A DNA stretch of 16,752 nucleotides from Chlamydiia bacterium (GTDB lineage Bacteria; Chlamydiota; Chlamydiia; Chlamydiales; JBMOFD01): the NCBI GenBank assembly GCA_049314435.1, contig JBMOFD010000038.1, positions 1 through 16,752 of the forward strand. Reading direction: 5' to 3'. Below are positions 14,970 to 16,752 of the stretch, one piece after another. Under the pieces are notes generated by a model. That model worked only from the letters and a program-made list of their open reading frames with translations, was not told the DNA's origin and ran no database searches. The position numbers and the translations under genes are program-made. Every line of letters begins with the position of its first letter. Positions within the stretch are counted from its first letter, which is position 1.

Positions 14970-15066
14970 CCAGGTTGGGTAAATGTCCGTTCTGTGATAG
15001 GAACCAGTGCAGAGCTTGCGAATCCAGACCAAACAACGGGTCCTCAAGCCTATACGAGGAAAGATC

Positions 15067-16158
15067 ATGGTACGAGCTATCCGTCACATCTGGGCATCCG
15101 CAATCGGGCTTGCCGCATTGATCCCTCTGAGCGGGGAATCGTGCACTGGCGTCCGTCTCATCAGCAAAGATGGTTCATGCGTTACCGGCCGCACCGTTGA
15201 ATTTGGATTGCGCCTGGAGGGAAGTTGCGCCGTGATCCCCCGTGATCATGCCTTCGAAGGGACAACCCCACAGGGCAAAGGGCTCTCTTACTCCTCTCAA
15301 TATCAAGCAGTCGGTCTCATAGCATTCCAAGATCCCTCCATCTTAGATGGAGTCAACGAGAAGGGCCTCGCTGTAGGCACGTTCTACTTCCCCGGCTATG
15401 CCGGCTATGCGGAGATCTCCCCGCAGAATCAGGCCAAGGCACTCTCTCCCTTGCAGTTTCCAAACTGGCTGCTTACACAGTTTGCCACCGTGGAGGAGAT
15501 CAAGAAGGGCCTGTCTGATGTGGTGATTGCGCCGACCATCAATCCTAAGTGGGGCGCCACTCCACCCCCCTTCCATTACATCGCCTACGATGCCTCTGGC
15601 GATAGCGTAGTGATCGAACCGATCCAGGGCCGCCTTGTAGCGACGGATAATCCACTAGGCGTCTTCACCAATTCCCCTACCTTCGAATGGCACCTCACCA
15701 ATCTTAGAAACTACGTCAGTCTCCATCCCGAAAACGCACCCCCGCAAAATCTAGGCGGAGTCACTCTGGCTTCCTTTGGACAGGGCTCAGGCATGTGGGG
15801 ACTTCCTGGTGACTTCACGCCCCCATCGCGCTTTGTGCGGGCCGCCTTCATGTCAGCGACGGCACTGCCAGGACAAACGGGTGAGGAGGCCATGGCGCGC
15901 GTCTTCCACATCCTCAACCTCTTCGACATCCCATTGGGATCGGTCCGTCCAGGAACCGATGAGAATCTCTTCGAAGAGACACAGTTCACAACGGTGAAGG
16001 ATGGCAAAGCCCTCAAGTACTACTTCAAGGACTACGGGAACCAGTCGATCAGGATGGTGGACCTCCATCAATTCGATCCCAAAGCCAAGGGGATCAAGAC
16101 TCTGACCCTGACTTTGGGATCTCAGCCCGTCGAAGATATCTCAGCACAGCTTCGGTGA
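15067..16158 (+). CDS. Secreted choloylglycine hydrolase / penicillin V acylase family Ntn-hydrolase (peptidase C59)
   Basis: ATG 15067 with a GAGGA RBS; 25-aa signal-like leader, then catalytic CTG (Cys codon at 15142); GRT, DGVNEKGL, TNSP, LPGD.TPPSRF. Confidence 0.93.
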   Translation: MVRAIRHIWASAIGLAALIPLSGESCTGVRLISKDGSCVTGRTVEFGLRLEGSCAVIPRDHAFEGTTPQGKGLSYSSQYQAVGLIAFQDPSILDGVNEKGLAVGTFYFPGYAGYAEISPQNQAKALSPLQFPNWLLTQFATVEEIKKGLSDVVIAPTINPKWGATPPPFHYIAYDASGDSVVIEPIQGRLVATDNPLGVFTNSPTFEWHLTNLRNYVSLHPENAPPQNLGGVTLASFGQGSGMWGLPGDFTPPSRFVRAAFMSATALPGQTGEEAMARVFHILNLFDIPLGSVRPGTDENLFEETQFTTVKDGKALKYYFKDYGNQSIRMVDLHQFDPKAKGIKTLTLTLGSQPVEDISAQLR

Positions 16159-16234
16159 CGTGGCTGGATTGTCTCTAACCGACCGGCTGGCATACTCACT
16201 CCTCCTCTAAAAGGCCAACGCCGGAGAAGTGTGT

Positions 16235-16752
16235 ATGCTGAAGTCGATCTGTTTTTTCCTATGTCTATCGTGGGGCGCCGCGCTCGGCGCCCAAACCAAG
16301 GTGCTTGCCTTGGCCGGGAGCTCCCGTACGGAGTCCCTCAACAAGAAGCTAGTCCAGAATGCCGCTCGGGTTGCTCGCGAACTCGGTGCAGAAGTCCGGG
16401 TCATCGACCTCAAGGAGTATCCGATCCCACTGTACGACGGAGATCTCGAGGCCAGCGATGGCATGCCTGTGAACGCCAAGACCATCAGAAGACTGATGAT
16501 CGACAGCCAAGTCATCCTCATCGCCTCACCCGAATACAATGCCTCTGTGTCAGGACTGCTCAAAAATGTGATCGATTGGGCCTCGCGCAGCGAGGAGGGC
16601 GGTTGGTCTTTGGAGGCTTTCGAAGGCAAGAGATTTGCCCTGATGAGCGCCTCTACAGGCTCTCGTGGCGGCGCCAAAGGACTGGCTCACCTTAGGACGA
16701 TCCTGGAAAATGTGGGCGGCGTGGTGATGTCCCAGCAGGTTGCAGTTCCTCG
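16235..16752 (+). CDS. NAD(P)H-dependent FMN reductase (flavodoxin-like, ChrR/SsuE family) with an N-terminal signal-like peptide; partial
   Basis: Not in the ORF track. Hand translation from ATG 16235 (GGAG RBS): MLKSICFFLCLSWGAALGA-QTKVLALAGSSRTESLNKKL...IDLKEYPIPLYDGD...ASPEYNASVSGLLKNVIDWASR...SASTGSRGG; open to the window end. Confidence 0.92.
   Translation, partial: MLKSICFFLCLSWGAALGAQTKVLALAGSSRTESLNKKLVQNAARVARELGAEVRVIDLKEYPIPLYDGDLEASDGMPVNAKTIRRLMIDSQVILIASPEYNASVSGLLKNVIDWASRSEEGGWSLEAFEGKRFALMSASTGSRGGAKGLAHLRTILENVGGVVMSQQVAVP

Noticed and set aside
16207..16695. ORF-track entries 16207-16677 (-) and 16231-16695 (+)
   Set aside because: The real gene is the FMN reductase in the frame starting at 16235.

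Overview
Gene-dense bacterial chromosomal segment with no rRNA, tRNA, CRISPR array or mobile element that I could recognise. The AroD-AroE fusion and two proteins with Inc-like bilobed hydrophobic domains suggest an environmental Chlamydiota genome (inference). On the minus strand lie a beta-solenoid hypothetical protein, an APC amino-acid permease, aroDE, aroC and a secreted purple-acid-phosphatase-like metallophosphoesterase (missing from the ORF track; it runs off the left edge). On the plus strand lie a 949-aa effector-like protein with an N-terminal membrane hairpin and a CX5R (CKDGMDR) phosphatase loop, a DEAD-box helicase, a Gdx/SugE SMR exporter, a CtpF-like P-type ATPase, a secreted C59 Ntn-hydrolase and a signal-peptide-bearing NAD(P)H-dependent FMN reductase (also missing from the ORF track; it runs off the right edge). 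A 253-aa Inc-like protein on the minus strand carries an FFAT-like motif. The best leads are the candidate membrane-anchored phosphoinositide phosphatase, the candidate VAP-binding Inc, a possible Phe-Phe leader peptide ahead of the permease-aro cluster, a shared palindrome 55 nt upstream of two genes, and a degenerate shikimate-binding site in AroE.
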